Shown piece after piece: positions 39,181 through 51,330 of a stretch of 64,000 nt of DNA. Both the position numbers and the translations under genes were made by a program. Within the stretch, counting starts at the first letter, position 1. Each line of letters starts with the position of its first letter. The stretch comes from Chiloscyllium plagiosum (Eukaryota). The DNA is taken from positions 19,214,684 to 19,278,683 of the forward strand of contig NC_057719.1 of NCBI RefSeq assembly GCF_004010195.1, in the 5' to 3' direction. The notes under the pieces were generated by a model. The model was not told the DNA's origin, did no database searches, and saw only the letters and a program-made list of their open reading frames with translations.

Positions 39181-40031
39181 CCCTTAATGTTGGTTGTTTT
39201 TCCTCTCTCTCCACAGATGCCGCTAGACTTGCCGAATTTCACCAACAATTTCTGTTTTTCTTTCAGATTTCCAGCATTTGCACTATTTTGCTTTTCGGTC
39301 TTTCTGACAATTGACCCATAAAGTTTGGAGTGTCCCTCAATATATAGTGCTGGACTTTGGAATGCTCCAGTTTGAAACACTGTCATGGAAAGCTCTTTCT
39401 ACAGAAATGCCAACAAATTATTGGTAGACCAAATTGCACTTCTAGCCAATTTGATGACCTTTCAGCAGCAGCTGATATTTGTCTCATGCACGCCTCTGGG
39501 ATCACTTCATACAGAAGAACTTTGTGTTACAGAGCAGCTCATAATGAACCATGTCAAAAAGTTACACATCTCTACACAGATGTTCTTCACAATACAAATT
39601 CCAGGAGACAGACAGCAACCTCTTTCCCCATCAAGCGGCCCGAGAAGAGCATGCAATGGCACTGAGAATTTGTATGTATGTGAATGATGTAACAGGAAAG
39701 ATCTTTCTCACCAACATCCAAGCTAAGTCATGGTGCTTGTTTGACAACTCTGGCCAGGAGGTGTACTACCAAACATGTCTTTTGACAGTCTACTTTGGGA
39801 ACCATTCAACAGAATCAACTATTTACCTTTCCTTCAGAGTCTCAAAGATGTTGTGTGCAGCCTGGAGGTCAGATTTAGTTTTCTGCACATATTTTCCCAC
39901 GAGGCATGGCATGGTCTAACTAAACACAGCATTTGACAGCCTCAAGAAGAAATGACAGAAGTTAAGCATACTAGTGTATTTCAATATAATTCACATGTCA
40001 GCATATAAGGCACAAGTGTGCTTGTACTTAC

Positions 40032-40087
40032 CACTTTAATGACATATGAGGCACAATTTCCAACTGCTTTGTCAGAATTTTCATCAG
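40032..40087 (-). CDS. VRK1: VRK1 coding exon 2 (56 nt): (A)DENSDKAVGNCASYVIKV, with the ATP-binding Lys
   Basis: ttttag acceptor, GTAAGT donor, phase 1 to 0. Matches VRK subdomain II (human ADMNSSESVGSDAPCVVKV, recalled). Not in the ORF track. Confidence 0.92.
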
Positions 40088-41654
40088 CTAAAAACAAAAC
40101 AAAGTTGAAATATGGACCTAATTTCAGTCAACTGAAATATCAGTTCCGTAATTTCATCAAAACGTGGCTCAATCACAACTAACAGAAAAGTTAAAGATAA
40201 TATTGGACTTAAAAAGGCTCATTAGAATAACAATAGTAAGCCTGAGGAGTAGGAGGATTCCAGAGTCAATACATAACCAATAAGTAGACAGGAAGAGAAA
40301 ATTGAATATGGAATAGACCAGCAATAGCGAGAACCAGATTGTTAAAGCTTCCACAGGTATGTAAAAGGGAAGAAACTAGTAAAAACAGACGTGAAACCTT
40401 AGAAGCAGGGTAAGGAAACATTTTCATGGGGAAAGAGGGAACAGAACAGATATCAGAAAAATGTTTTTTTCTATCTTTATAGAAAACAAAAATCTGGAAA
40501 GAGGGAAAAACAAGTAGCAGGAATACTTAGCAGTAGTAAATCAATAGAATGAAACAAATTGATAAATTGCTAAAAACTGATAAATCCCCTTGCCTTGAAG
40601 ACCCATAAACTAGGGCTTTAAGAAACATTGTTACAGGGATAGCGAATACAGTTGATCTTTCAGAAATCAAGGTCCTAGAGTGCTGTCTGGGAATTGATAA
40701 AAAGGAAATTTGTTATTCAAAAAGAGGACAGAGAGAAACAAAAGGGAAACAACGGATCAATTAGCCTGATAATAGTAATCGGAAAACTGATATCACTGGG
40801 TGAACTCAACATGTATTTATGAAAGGGAAATCATGCTCGACAAAATCTGTTTTAGAGCTTTGAGGCTTTAACTAGCAAGATAGTGAATGTAACATACTTG
40901 AGATTCTCAAAAAAAACATTCAGTAAAGCAATACACAAATGATCATATTCAAAGTAGAGCACAGGAGATTAGCACGATTACATGCAGATAGAATCCAGGG
41001 AATATAATTAAGCTGGTCATATTCAAGTTGGTGGATGACTAGTGAAGTGCCACAAGGATCACATATTCTAAGTATTTGAGACCGAAAACATTCTAATTGC
41101 TGATGAGGGAACAGGATACAATGCTGTGATACAAATTTAGTTGAAAAGAAAGCTGTTGAGACACAAAGAAGTTGCAAAAGAATAGTGGGGTTAAGTGAGC
41201 ATGAAAGAAAATAGAAATGCAGAGGAGTGAAGTCTCCAACTTTGGTAGGAATAACTAACTATATTTTTAAATGGCGAAACATTGTAAAATATTGGTTCTC
41301 TACACAAGAATCAAAATTAATATACAGCTAGAGCTTGGAATAGAAAAGCAGAAAGTACATTTACCTTTATTGCAAAGGAATTGTGCATTTTAGTAAAGAC
41401 ATCTTATGGCAATTATATCGGGTCGGAGGGCCTACGCCTCTTCAAATTTCTTATATTCTTACAACCCATTCCAAATCTAAATAATTTCACACATTACATT
41501 ATAGCATGTAAATTATCATACCCTGTGGAACCAAGTGACTACTATTTGGGAGAAGGGAAAGAGAAAGTTCAATTATTGTCAAGTCAGCTTGAAGGTCCCA
41601 GGATTGCTAAGTCTGGCTTAAAGAGTGGTGCAGCATCCAAGGAGCAGGAATATC

Positions 41655-41682
41655 GATGTTTCGGGCAAAAGCCCTTCATCAG
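41655..41682 (-). ncRNA. Minimal hammerhead-ribozyme-like core in a Penelope fragment (~41625-41687), sense to the VRK1 pre-mRNA
   Basis: Minus strand reads CTGATGA-AGGGC-TTTT-GCCC-GAAACATC. Confidence 0.55.
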
Positions 41683-42419
41683 GAATGACAGATCTAAAGC
41701 AAATTAGGCTCCTGTAGCAGATTTGGTAACTAATATTCATGTCAATGTCTCAAGAAGTAGGATGGCATGACCAAACAAAGTAGAGAAATCCAGTTAACAT
41801 TGCAGCTGAAGCAATTTTTACAGTCGCTTAAAATAACACACGCATATTTTATAGTATTTTGTTTAACGAGAATGGGAAAACATTCCCCAAAACCATGAAA
41901 CAAAATGATTTGACTCAAACTCGTTCTGGCCATTTTTCCAACATTTAGACTTTTATTAGTCATCTGAATTTAGAGGAATTACAAAAGGAATCAACATGCA
42001 AATTACACATGTATGTTGCAACATGAGAAAAGGAACAAATTATTTATTCAGACTTGGACTTCCTACATTCCCAGTGGAAAATACTTAAACCCCATCTTAT
42101 TGGATGACAGTGACCATATGCACTAGACTGTGGCAAATCAACAACAACAGCATAAACAGATGTGACTACAATAACAACTTTTAGTATGTTCCACACTATC
42201 AGAGTGAATAATCGTCACTTGTCTCTGTGAGATTTGCAAATTATATTATTGAGCTGCAGCATGCAGAATGCAATATACAAATAGCTATGCTTTGAAATTT
42301 GACTTGCATCCCATTTTATACATCGACCATTTAATGATGCTTTCAATTTCGTAGAAATCTGGCTTTTTGTAATCAGGAAAGAAGGTTGACAAGTTCTTTT
42401 AGACCTTTTCATAAAGTAC

Positions 42420-42930
42420 ATACAAAAAATTGGAAGAATGTTGCTGAACTTGAAAGGGTTCAGAAAAGATCTACAAGGATACTGCCAGGGTTGGAGGATT
42501 TGAGCTACAGGGAGGGGCTAAATAGGCTGGAGCTGTTTTCACTGGAGCAAAGGCTTAGGGGTGACCTTATCGAGGTTTATAGGATAATGAGGGGCAAATA
42601 GGATAAATAGACAAAGTCTTTTCCCTGGAGTGAGGGAGTCCAGAACTAAAGGGCATAGGTTTAGGGTGAGAGGGGAAAGATATACAAGGGATCTAAGGGG
42701 CAAATATTTCATGCAGAGGAAGGTGCTTGTATGGAATGAGCTGCCAGAGGAAGTGGAGGCTGGTAGAATTGCAATATTTAAGAGGCCACTGGATGGTACT
42801 TGAATAGGAAGGGTTTGGAGGGATATAGGCCAAGTGGTGACAAATGGAACTAGATTAGGTTGGGATATCTGGTCAGTATGGTTAAGTTGGACCAAAGGGT
42901 CTGTTTCTGTGCTGTACATCTCTATGGCTA
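42420..42930 (+). mobile_element. CR1 3' fragment
   Basis: LERVQKRSTRILPGLEDLSYREGLNRLELFSLE...RLRGDLIEVY plus 3' UTR. Confidence 0.88.
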
Positions 42931-43688
42931 TGCCAACATGAGGAATTCAATGACAGAATCTGATTCCACATTCAGCTATCTTTTGATGTATTATTTCCAT
43001 AATAAATGCTGCATCACTGTTTTTCCTTTTCTAAAGGTACAAATGTGAGCTGTACTAAAGCAATGCTCAAACACCTCATCCAATACAATGAGACGAATGA
43101 ATGCCCACAGGGAGTCAACAGTCTTCAGTTTGGGGAATAATTAATGTACGGTAACTACCTTTCATTGATTAGAAGGTAAATGAAACATTGTCATTTGCTC
43201 CAAGGGAACATAGAAGTAAGGATGCTATGCTACAATGTATGAGTGATAAGGCCACATCTGGAGTACTGTGTACAGTTTTTAAACAACAAATTATAGAAAT
43301 AGTTCAGAGTTCACTCAACTGATATGCAAATGTGAGGGCATGGGTGCATTCATGGGGGACATCTTATGACGAATGATTGGACAGGAAGAATGGGCTGGTA
43401 CCTACTTGAGTTCAGAAGAACGAGAAGTCATCTTGTTGAAATAATTGAAGATACTGAGGGGACTTGCCAGAATGTAAGCTAAAAGGATAATTTTGCTTGT
43501 GGGAGAGATTAGACCTAGGAGAACTGGCTTAAAAATAAGGGAGGACCCATGCAAGATGGAGATGAAAGAGACTTTTTCTCAGTCATAGTTTTCTTCCATT
43601 GCCTTTGAGGAAGAAAGTCCTTGGATATTTTTGAGGCAAAGGTAACTAGCTTCTTGATGAATGAGGTAGTCAAAGGGTATTGGGAATA

Positions 43689-44303
43689 CAGATGGTTTCC
43701 TATAACACCACAGTTGCGTTCCAGTGAAACCTCATTTAATAGAAAATTGCATAGTAGAAATAATGAAGCCTATGGGAAAAGTGGGGTTAGATGCAGACCA
43801 GCATTAAATATCACTCACAATCGCTCAAAAATCTAATGCCAAGTATAGCACAGCCTGAATGAAGGTTGAAATCATATGTATTAATGAAACAAAAGTAAAG
43901 TTAACACCGTACATCTAAAAAATGTAAGAAAGCTGCTTGCTGTACAGTAGCTTGCACAGGAAGCTGCTCTGTTGTCAGCTGACATCAGTGCATGCACAGG
44001 ACAGCATGAAGACCGGCAATGACATCACGCTTGCACAGAATGGCACAAAGATCGATACCGATACCATGCATGCGGGGCACGGCACATGTGCAGAAAGGCA
44101 CAAACATTGGCGTATGCGCAGATCAGCACGGAGATTTTGGCACTGACATCAGCACAAACGCAGAATGAAGCGCAGGAACTGATCCCCGCTGGAATTGTGC
44201 TATTGCCAATGGAGGTAAGCATTCTCAAAAATATCGTTCCCTAATTCTTCAGAAATGTTATAGCCAAATTGTGCTGCTGAAACACGGATTCTCCCAGATC
44301 CTG
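43689..44303. mobile_element. Putative non-autonomous Tc1/mariner (Tigger-like) DNA transposon nested in an old LINE 3' end (~43160-44400)
   Basis: TA|CAG...CTG|TA ends; the host LINE tail rejoins across the insert; the inverted termini are degenerate. Confidence 0.6.
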
Positions 44304-45501
44304 TAGGTAGGACAGTGGAATTGAGGCCATACTCAGATCAACCAACATCTTGATATGATGAGCAGACTGGAAGAGGCTGAATGGCCAACTTCTGTTCCCA
44401 CTTTATACATACATATCCTCTGCCTAATCATAAGTTGAGCTCCACAACTATATTTCCCAAATACATCTCATACTATAGTCATGTCATTTATTTCTGCATT
44501 CTTTAGCTTCCAAGCTGATTAAGTCATACTCATTTATTTTTCATTTAAAAGTCAGGTTTATTTGCTTTCTTCATTGTTTAAACTACCTAACCAAGGAATC
44601 AAACACAAGTCAAACAAGTTTTAAAATTACAATGAATTCTCAGATGTGAGGTAGTTCAACATTTAAGAATTATTTTGATGGTTAACTACATTAATGACAA
44701 TTTTATAAATAAAACAAATTTAAAAAATATGAACTGAGGGGGCTAGTACATTAAACTACAGATTAATTTCAGGAGAATGCATAATTGTGTTATCTACTTA
44801 AATGCATAATTTGTGTTAGGTTCCTAGAAAATACTGCACTGTTTCTAAACACCCAGTCAGCTAGTTAGTAAAATTACATGCTAACGCTTAATATGTAATG
44901 CTTATTGATCTATCATACCAAGTATTGACAATTGTCAACTTTGCCAATTTCAGTGAATCTCAAAGAATGGCAGTGACTCATCAGGACAGTGTTGGCATAT
45001 GGATCACCACATTAGTAAGGGAAGTGTGAGCATTGGTCAGGGAAGAAGAATAGGCATGCCCAACATTCCTAATACTCAGCCAACCTTCAATAAAGTAATT
45101 CCTGTATTTATATCTGGAATCCAGATGACCAAGTTCATGGATCTCACCAAACTGCTGTCAATGATCATTTCAATGCTTTCTAATTAATTTTTCATCCCTT
45201 ATCTAAGCTAGTAAAGCTTATTGTTAAGCACGAGTTCACAAACTACAGGAGATAATGCTTGCAAAAAAGTACAATCAACTCTAATGTTCATCACAGGAAT
45301 AAAATAGACTAATATACATTGTCAGCAAACAGCAAAGATGCCTTCCTCCTTCATATGGGAATTGCAGCAAGCTCATCTCAAACTGACAAGTTAATTTTAA
45401 GATAATGCTTACAATGTTATCGTCCATCTATTTCTGCCAGGATTCAAAGTTCTGCTGTCAAGAAAAGTTCAGATGTGGCCTTTGTGGACCTGATCAAGGA
45501 T

Positions 45502-47400
45502 ATATAGAACATTACAGCGTAGTACAGGCCCTTTGGCCCTCGATGTTGCGCCGACCTGTCATACCAATCTGAAGCCCATCTAACCTACACTATTCCATGT
45601 ATGTCCATATGTTTGTCCAATGACGACTAAGTTGGCGAATCTACTGCCGTTGCAGGCAAAGCATTCCATATCCTTACTGCTCGCTGGATAAAGAAACTAC
45701 CTCTGACATCTGTCCTATATCTATCACCCCTCAATTTAAAGCTATGCCCCCTCGTGCTTGCCGTCACCATACTTGGAAAAAGGCTCTCCCTGTCCACCCT
45801 ATCTAACCCTCTGATTATCTTCTATGTCTCTATTAAGTCACCTCTCAACCTTCTTCTCTCCAATGAAAACAGCCTTAAGTCCCTCAGCCTTTACTTGCAA
45901 GACCTTCCCTCCATACCAGGCAAATCCTAGTAAATTTCCTCTGCACCCTTTCCAAAGTTTCCATTTCCTTCTTATAATGCGGTGACCAGAACTGTACACA
46001 ATACTCCAGAGTTTTGTACAGCTGTAGCTTAATCTCATGGTTCCGGAACTCGATCCCTCTATTAATAAAAGCTAAATCACTGTATGCCTTCTTAACAACC
46101 TGGATGGCAACTTTCAAGGATCTGTGTACCTGAACACCGGGGTCTCTCTGCTCATCTGCACTACCAAGAATCTTACAATTAGCCCAGTACTTTGCATTCC
46201 GGTTACTCTGACCAAAGTGAATCACCTCACACTTGTCCGCATTAAACTCCATTTGCCACCTCTCAGCCCAGCTCTGCAGCTTATCAATGTCTCTCCGGAA
46301 CCTACAACATCCTTTGTCACTATCCACAACTCCACCGACCTTAGTGTCATCTGCAAATTTACTAACCCACCCTTCTACACCCTCATGTAGGTCATTTATA
46401 AAAATGACGAACAGCAGTGGACTCAACACCGACCCTTGCGGTACACCACTGGTAACTGGACTCCAGGATGAACATTTCCCATCAACCACCACCCTCTGTC
46501 CTCTTTCAGCAAGCCAATTACTGATCCAAACTGTTAAATCTCCCACAATCCCATTCCTCCGCATTTTATACAATAGCTTACTGTGGGGAACCTTATCGAA
46601 CGCCTTGCTGAAATCCATATACACCACATCACCCGGTTTACTCTCATCTACCTGTTTGGTCACCTTCTCAAAGAACTCAATAAGGTTTGTGAGGCACGGC
46701 TACCCTTCACAAAACCGTGCTGACTATCCCTAATCAAATTATTCTTTTCGAGATGATTATAAATCCTCTCTCTTATAACCTTTTCCAACACTTTACCAAG
46801 AACTGAAGGAAGGCTCACTGGTCTGTAATTACCAGGATTGTCTCTACTCCCCTTCTTGAACAGGGGAACCACATTTGCTATCCTCCAGTCTTCTGGCACT
46901 ACTCCTGTAGACAATGACGATTTAAAGATCAATGTCAAAGGCTCGGCAATCTCCTCCCTGGCTTCCCAAAGGATCCTAGGATAAATCCCATCTGGCCCAG
47001 GGGGACTTATCTATTTTCACACTCTGCAGGAATTCTAATACCTCTTCCTTGTGAACCTCAATCACACCTAGTCTAGTAGCCTGTATCTCAGTATTCTTCT
47101 TGACAGCATTGTCATTTTCTAGAGTGAATACTGTTGAAAAATATTTATTTAGTGCTTCCCCATGTCCTCTGACTCCACACACAACTTCCCACTATAATCC
47201 TTGATTGGCCCTAATCTTACTCTCTCATTCTTTTATTCCTTAAATACCTATAGAAAGCCTTAGGGTTTACCCTGATCCTATTCGCCAACAATTTCTCATG
47301 TTTCCTCCTGGCTGTTCTGAGCTCACTCTTTAGGTCTTTCCTGGCTACCGTGTAATCCTCAAACACCTAACTGAGCCTTCACATCTCATCCCAACATAAG
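45502..47400 (-). mobile_element. 5'-truncated CR1 LINE (RT domain plus 3' UTR) in the first coding intron of VRK1
   Basis: YMDFSKAFDKVPH, GVPQGSVLSPLLF, SKFADDTK (45884..46663); PEDWRIANVVPLFKKG...NYRPVSL; frameshifted. Confidence 0.93.
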
Positions 47401-48713
47401 CGATACTGAAATTAATTTAAAATTCTCATTTGTCTGCAGATCACTTTGTGACTTTCCCCCTTCCTATCACTGTAATCTCAACTAGCCCCCCAAAATATTA
47501 CCACTAATTTAATTTTGGTCTTTTGGGTATCTCAGCCCAGTAAATTGCACACAGTCAGGAAGGAGACATCACAACCAGAACGTGAAACAGTCTGAGTGAA
47601 AATACGGTTCAGAAAATCTGGAGGCATGCGAATTCAGTGCAGAGGGGAAGAGGTGCTTTTTGGGCTTATAATTTTATACAATTCTATTTTTTAACAGAAT
47701 AAATAGAAACCTAGCATTGGGAACCCAACACAAGAGAGTGCGACATTACAGGAAAACTGCAAGTTCACTGGCTGGTTATAACTTCTAATTTGACTATTAT
47801 TGGTAACTTTCACATCAAAGGTAAATAGGCAAGTATTTACAGGTTACAAACGAAAGGGCCAATAGGAAATTAAAAAAAAAACAAATTCTAACTAAGTGAA
47901 CAAAACAGAATTGCATGGCCAGATAATGTATTGAATCTGCATGCTGTGGGAGCTGGTAGAACCCATTGTGGATTGTAGTGACATATCTGCAGCAAGCGTA
48001 GGTTACTTAAGGAACTTTCACTCAGAGGTGATGACCTGGAGTCTGAGACTTAAATACTGTGACACAGCAGAAAAGGAACAATCTGAAACCTGTGTTTCAG
48101 GAGGTAATTACACCACTTGATTAACTACCTCGAATTCAGTTAGTGGCTAGGGACAACACACGAGCAAGGCAGGTAGAAGTATCGTGCTGATGGAGACCCC
48201 AGTCCTTGAGCTTTTCTAACAGATTTAAAGTTCTTGCTCCTGGTGTAGATGCTTGAGAAACAGACAGCTTACCTCTGCTCTCAATTTTTATATTTGTGTG
48301 CAAGATGCTCGTTAAAACTTGCGATGTTTTATTATGTTGAAGGAGCTTTACGAATACAAGTTGAATTATAATTTTCTTATTATACCAAATGGAACTGACT
48401 TACACGTGAAGAAAACTGTTTCAGTTTGTAAAGTCCTGACATACTATACACAGAAAACTGCCATTATCCACTTAGCAATAAACTACCTTTAAATCAAACA
48501 CCACTGGATGATCATACTTTAAGCCCGGATGGAGAAATTCGCTTGCAACGAGCACTAGAGCTCCTTGATCCTCACTAGAAACAGAAACTGCCTTTACAAT
48601 TATCAGACAGTGAGCTGTTAAACATTATGCGTCAGGTATTGGATGAGCCAACATGACAGTTAGCATATGTTAGCTCTCATTTGAGAGGCTAGAGGCCCAT
48701 TGTCTATATTTAC

Positions 48714-48873
48714 CCAGGTACAGGAGGCCAAATCCACCCTTGCCGATTGGCTTCCCAATTTTCCATTGCTTCTTGGCAGTATCAGTCAGCACTTCCCCTG
48801 GTTTAAGTTCCTCAGCCATCTTTCTCTTGGGTGGAGCCCTTGTTCTGACAGCTGCAACACGTTTGGGAGGCAT
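48714..48873 (-). CDS. VRK1: VRK1 first coding exon (160 nt): MPPKRVAAVRTRAPPKRKMAEELKPGEVLTDTAKKQWKIGKPIGKGGFGLLYL
   Basis: Gly-rich loop GKGGFG and a VRK1-like N-terminus. Acceptor tttcag lies directly before the ATG; donor G|GTAAAT; ends phase 1. Confidence 0.95.
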
Positions 48874-49429
48874 CTGAAATTTTTAAAAAAATTCACATGA
48901 AAAGAATACCTTCAGAAAACTTAAAGGCAGAAGAATAATTAACACCCGTTTCTTTGCAGAAGTGGAGATTTTGAGAGTAACCAAGCAAATCCTCAAACAG
49001 TTAAAACATTGTAAACAGAAAGGTGAGTATTTGTTAATTACAAATAATTTCTAGGCCAAGAGATAATTAAATTCCAATGGCCTTCCTAAGACAGAATGAC
49101 CGTTAATAGATACATCAGTAACTCAGTATGTCGCTTGCTTTTTAAACCTCTGGTGCGCAGGAAATTCCATTCCTTCAGAAGAAAACAAAACATTTTTTCT
49201 CCCCTCCATAACTTTTGTAAATTAGAGTCTATACTTGACAGAATACTGTACAACAAAACTGGCATTTGTTCAACACCTTTCACAGTTTCAGGAAATTGCA
49301 AACTACTTGACAATTGACATTGTTTCTCCAGTGTAGTGACCACTGTAATGTAGGGCAGAACAGCAGCGAATTTACTTGCAACAAGGTCTCAGGTAACTAA
49401 TTCTCTGAAATTTGTGCCATAGGCAGATA

Positions 49430-50130
49430 GTCTGGTGAAGAAGGCATTGAGCAGGTTTGTCTTCAACATTCAGACTTTTGAATTGGGACGTCATGACATT
49501 GGTGTGGCTTTTCCTGGAATCCCAGTTGTCCTGTTATAGGAGGGATATGATTAAACTGGAGAGGAGCCAGAAAATATTTACCAGGAGGTTGCCAGGGATG
49601 AGGGATGCTGGATAGGCTAGGACTATTTTGAGTTTGAGATTGAAGGGTGCCTCAATAGAGGTTTATAATATCATGAAGGACATAGATAAGGTGAATAGCA
49701 AAGATATTTTCTCTAAGATGGGAGAGTTTAAAAACTAGGGTGCATTTTTTAAGGTGAGCGCAAAAAAGTTTTTAAAATGACACATGAAGGGCAACATTTT
49801 TATATAGGGTGGTTAGTGTGTGGAATGAACTGCCAGTGGATGTGGTATGTGTACGTACAGTTATAATTTTTAAAAGACATTTGGATAAGTCTATGAATAT
49901 AGGAAAGCGAGGTTTGAGAAGATTTGTAGCTCAGGTTGTGGTTCTGGATGTAGGTTTGCTCGCTGAGCTGGAAGATGCCAGCTCAGCGAGCAAACCTACA
50001 TCCATAAATAGGAAAGGTTTGAAGAGCTATGGGCCAAATTCAGGCAGCTGGGACTCATTTAGTTTGGAAACATGGTTAGCATGGACTAGGTTATCCGAGG
50101 GGTCCATCGCCATGTTGCATGACTCTATGA
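49430..50130 (+). mobile_element. Degraded CR1 3' fragment carrying a nested ~100-bp hairpin insert (49908-50007)
   Basis: VWNELP motif and CR1 3' UTR; the insert is flanked by ATAGGAAAG direct repeats. Confidence 0.8.
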
Positions 50131-51069
50131 CAGCACAAGGAACAGTACCTCACCTATTGTTTGTGACATATGTTTCCATTTTTTTAGACAACAGCTTTTG
50201 GTGAAAATTCTATAATACATATTTACACTTATTCTCGACTCATTTCTTGTTTCTTATTTGGCTGTTAGATCTCCCTTTGCCTTGTAACTTCATTTTTGTC
50301 ATTAAATTCCCCTAATTCTCACTCTATCACGGATCTTCTGCTTTGTTGCCACCTTTTCCCATTCCTTACTTCAGGACTTGCTTAAAGTTTGTTAGGCCTT
50401 GAATATTTTTGATCAACCAATGAAATGTTAACTGTACATTTCACTCCACAGGTGCAACCTGATGTCAAGAATGCCAGATGTTTCAGCTTCCATTTCAGAT
50501 TTCCAGCACATATGTTACTTTAGCAATCTCTTGCAATGTAATGGGTAACCATTGTCAAATCAAATGCTTTTTCGAAATTTACTGCCCCTTTCCAAAAATC
50601 GGTCTGGACTAGTTGGTGCTGTCAAACTAATGCTGCTATTCTACAATGAACTCATATCCCACAAAATAACTACTTATATTGCGCCTCATAAAACTTTTCA
50701 ACAATTTCCCAATGCTCATTGGTCTACAATTTTATAATTCCGGAGTTAACATTGTGTAGATTGGAGTCATTTTTCAAATTTTCTGATCCTCTGGGATTTG
50801 GACAGAGTCCTGTCCAAACTGAAAAGTATGGCAAGGCAATGCTTAATTATTTGTGCTCATTCACTAAAGAATTAAAATGTCAGATTATCGTCGACACATT
50901 TTAACAGTAAGCATTATTTCCAGTTTTTGATTTCCCTCTTATTCCTTTAACAAAGTGATTCCTTAACAATTCGTAGGAAATGGTTTTTGTCTTCCTCTGC
51001 TGCTCCTTTCACCTATCATTCAAGACATTGAGAGTTTCAGTCTTTCCCCTCTAAAAATTCTTGCCTCTT

Positions 51070-51330
51070 AGTTAGAAGATCGTGGGTTCAAATTACACTT
51101 GAGACTGTTGATGATAATTTGGATTTCGAAGAAGGTGCTGGCTTTTGCAGAAGGAGTTATATTAAGGCCCTGTCTTCCTCTTCAGGTGATGTACAAGGTG
51201 CCAAGGCACTACTTGAAGAGCAGGGGTTGTTATTTCGGTGTTGTGGAAAGCATTTATCCCTTGAGCAAAACAAAATAGATTAACTGTTATTTATTACATC
51301 CCTGTTTGCTGGATGTCACTGTGCAACTTA
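51070..51330 (+). mobile_element. Ancient SINE remnant, Deu-domain-like (a second decayed copy at ~52200-52560)
   Basis: Box-B-like gggttcaaat followed by ggccctgtcttcctcttcaggtgatgtacaagg...ggcactacttgaagagcagggg. It resembles the DeuSINE central domain from memory only. Confidence 0.45.

Noticed and set aside
39357..39919. Three overlapping 100-122-aa plus-strand ORFs
   Set aside because: No motifs and antisense to a VRK1 intron. Probably a decayed repeat; nothing supports a nested gene.
46233..46733. Recurring plus-strand ORF with 'PPTLVSSANLLT' (also 3091..3486 and 62064..62270)
   Set aside because: Antisense frame of the CR1 RT FADD region, not a separate gene family.
48714..48873. Assignment as VRK2 (whose human protein also starts MPPKR) or a poxviral B1 kinase insertion
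   Set aside because: The N-terminal length, [20 protein letters not shown] and KCFPxKNKP fit VRK1, and the gene is split by spliceosomal introns. A reciprocal BLAST would confirm.
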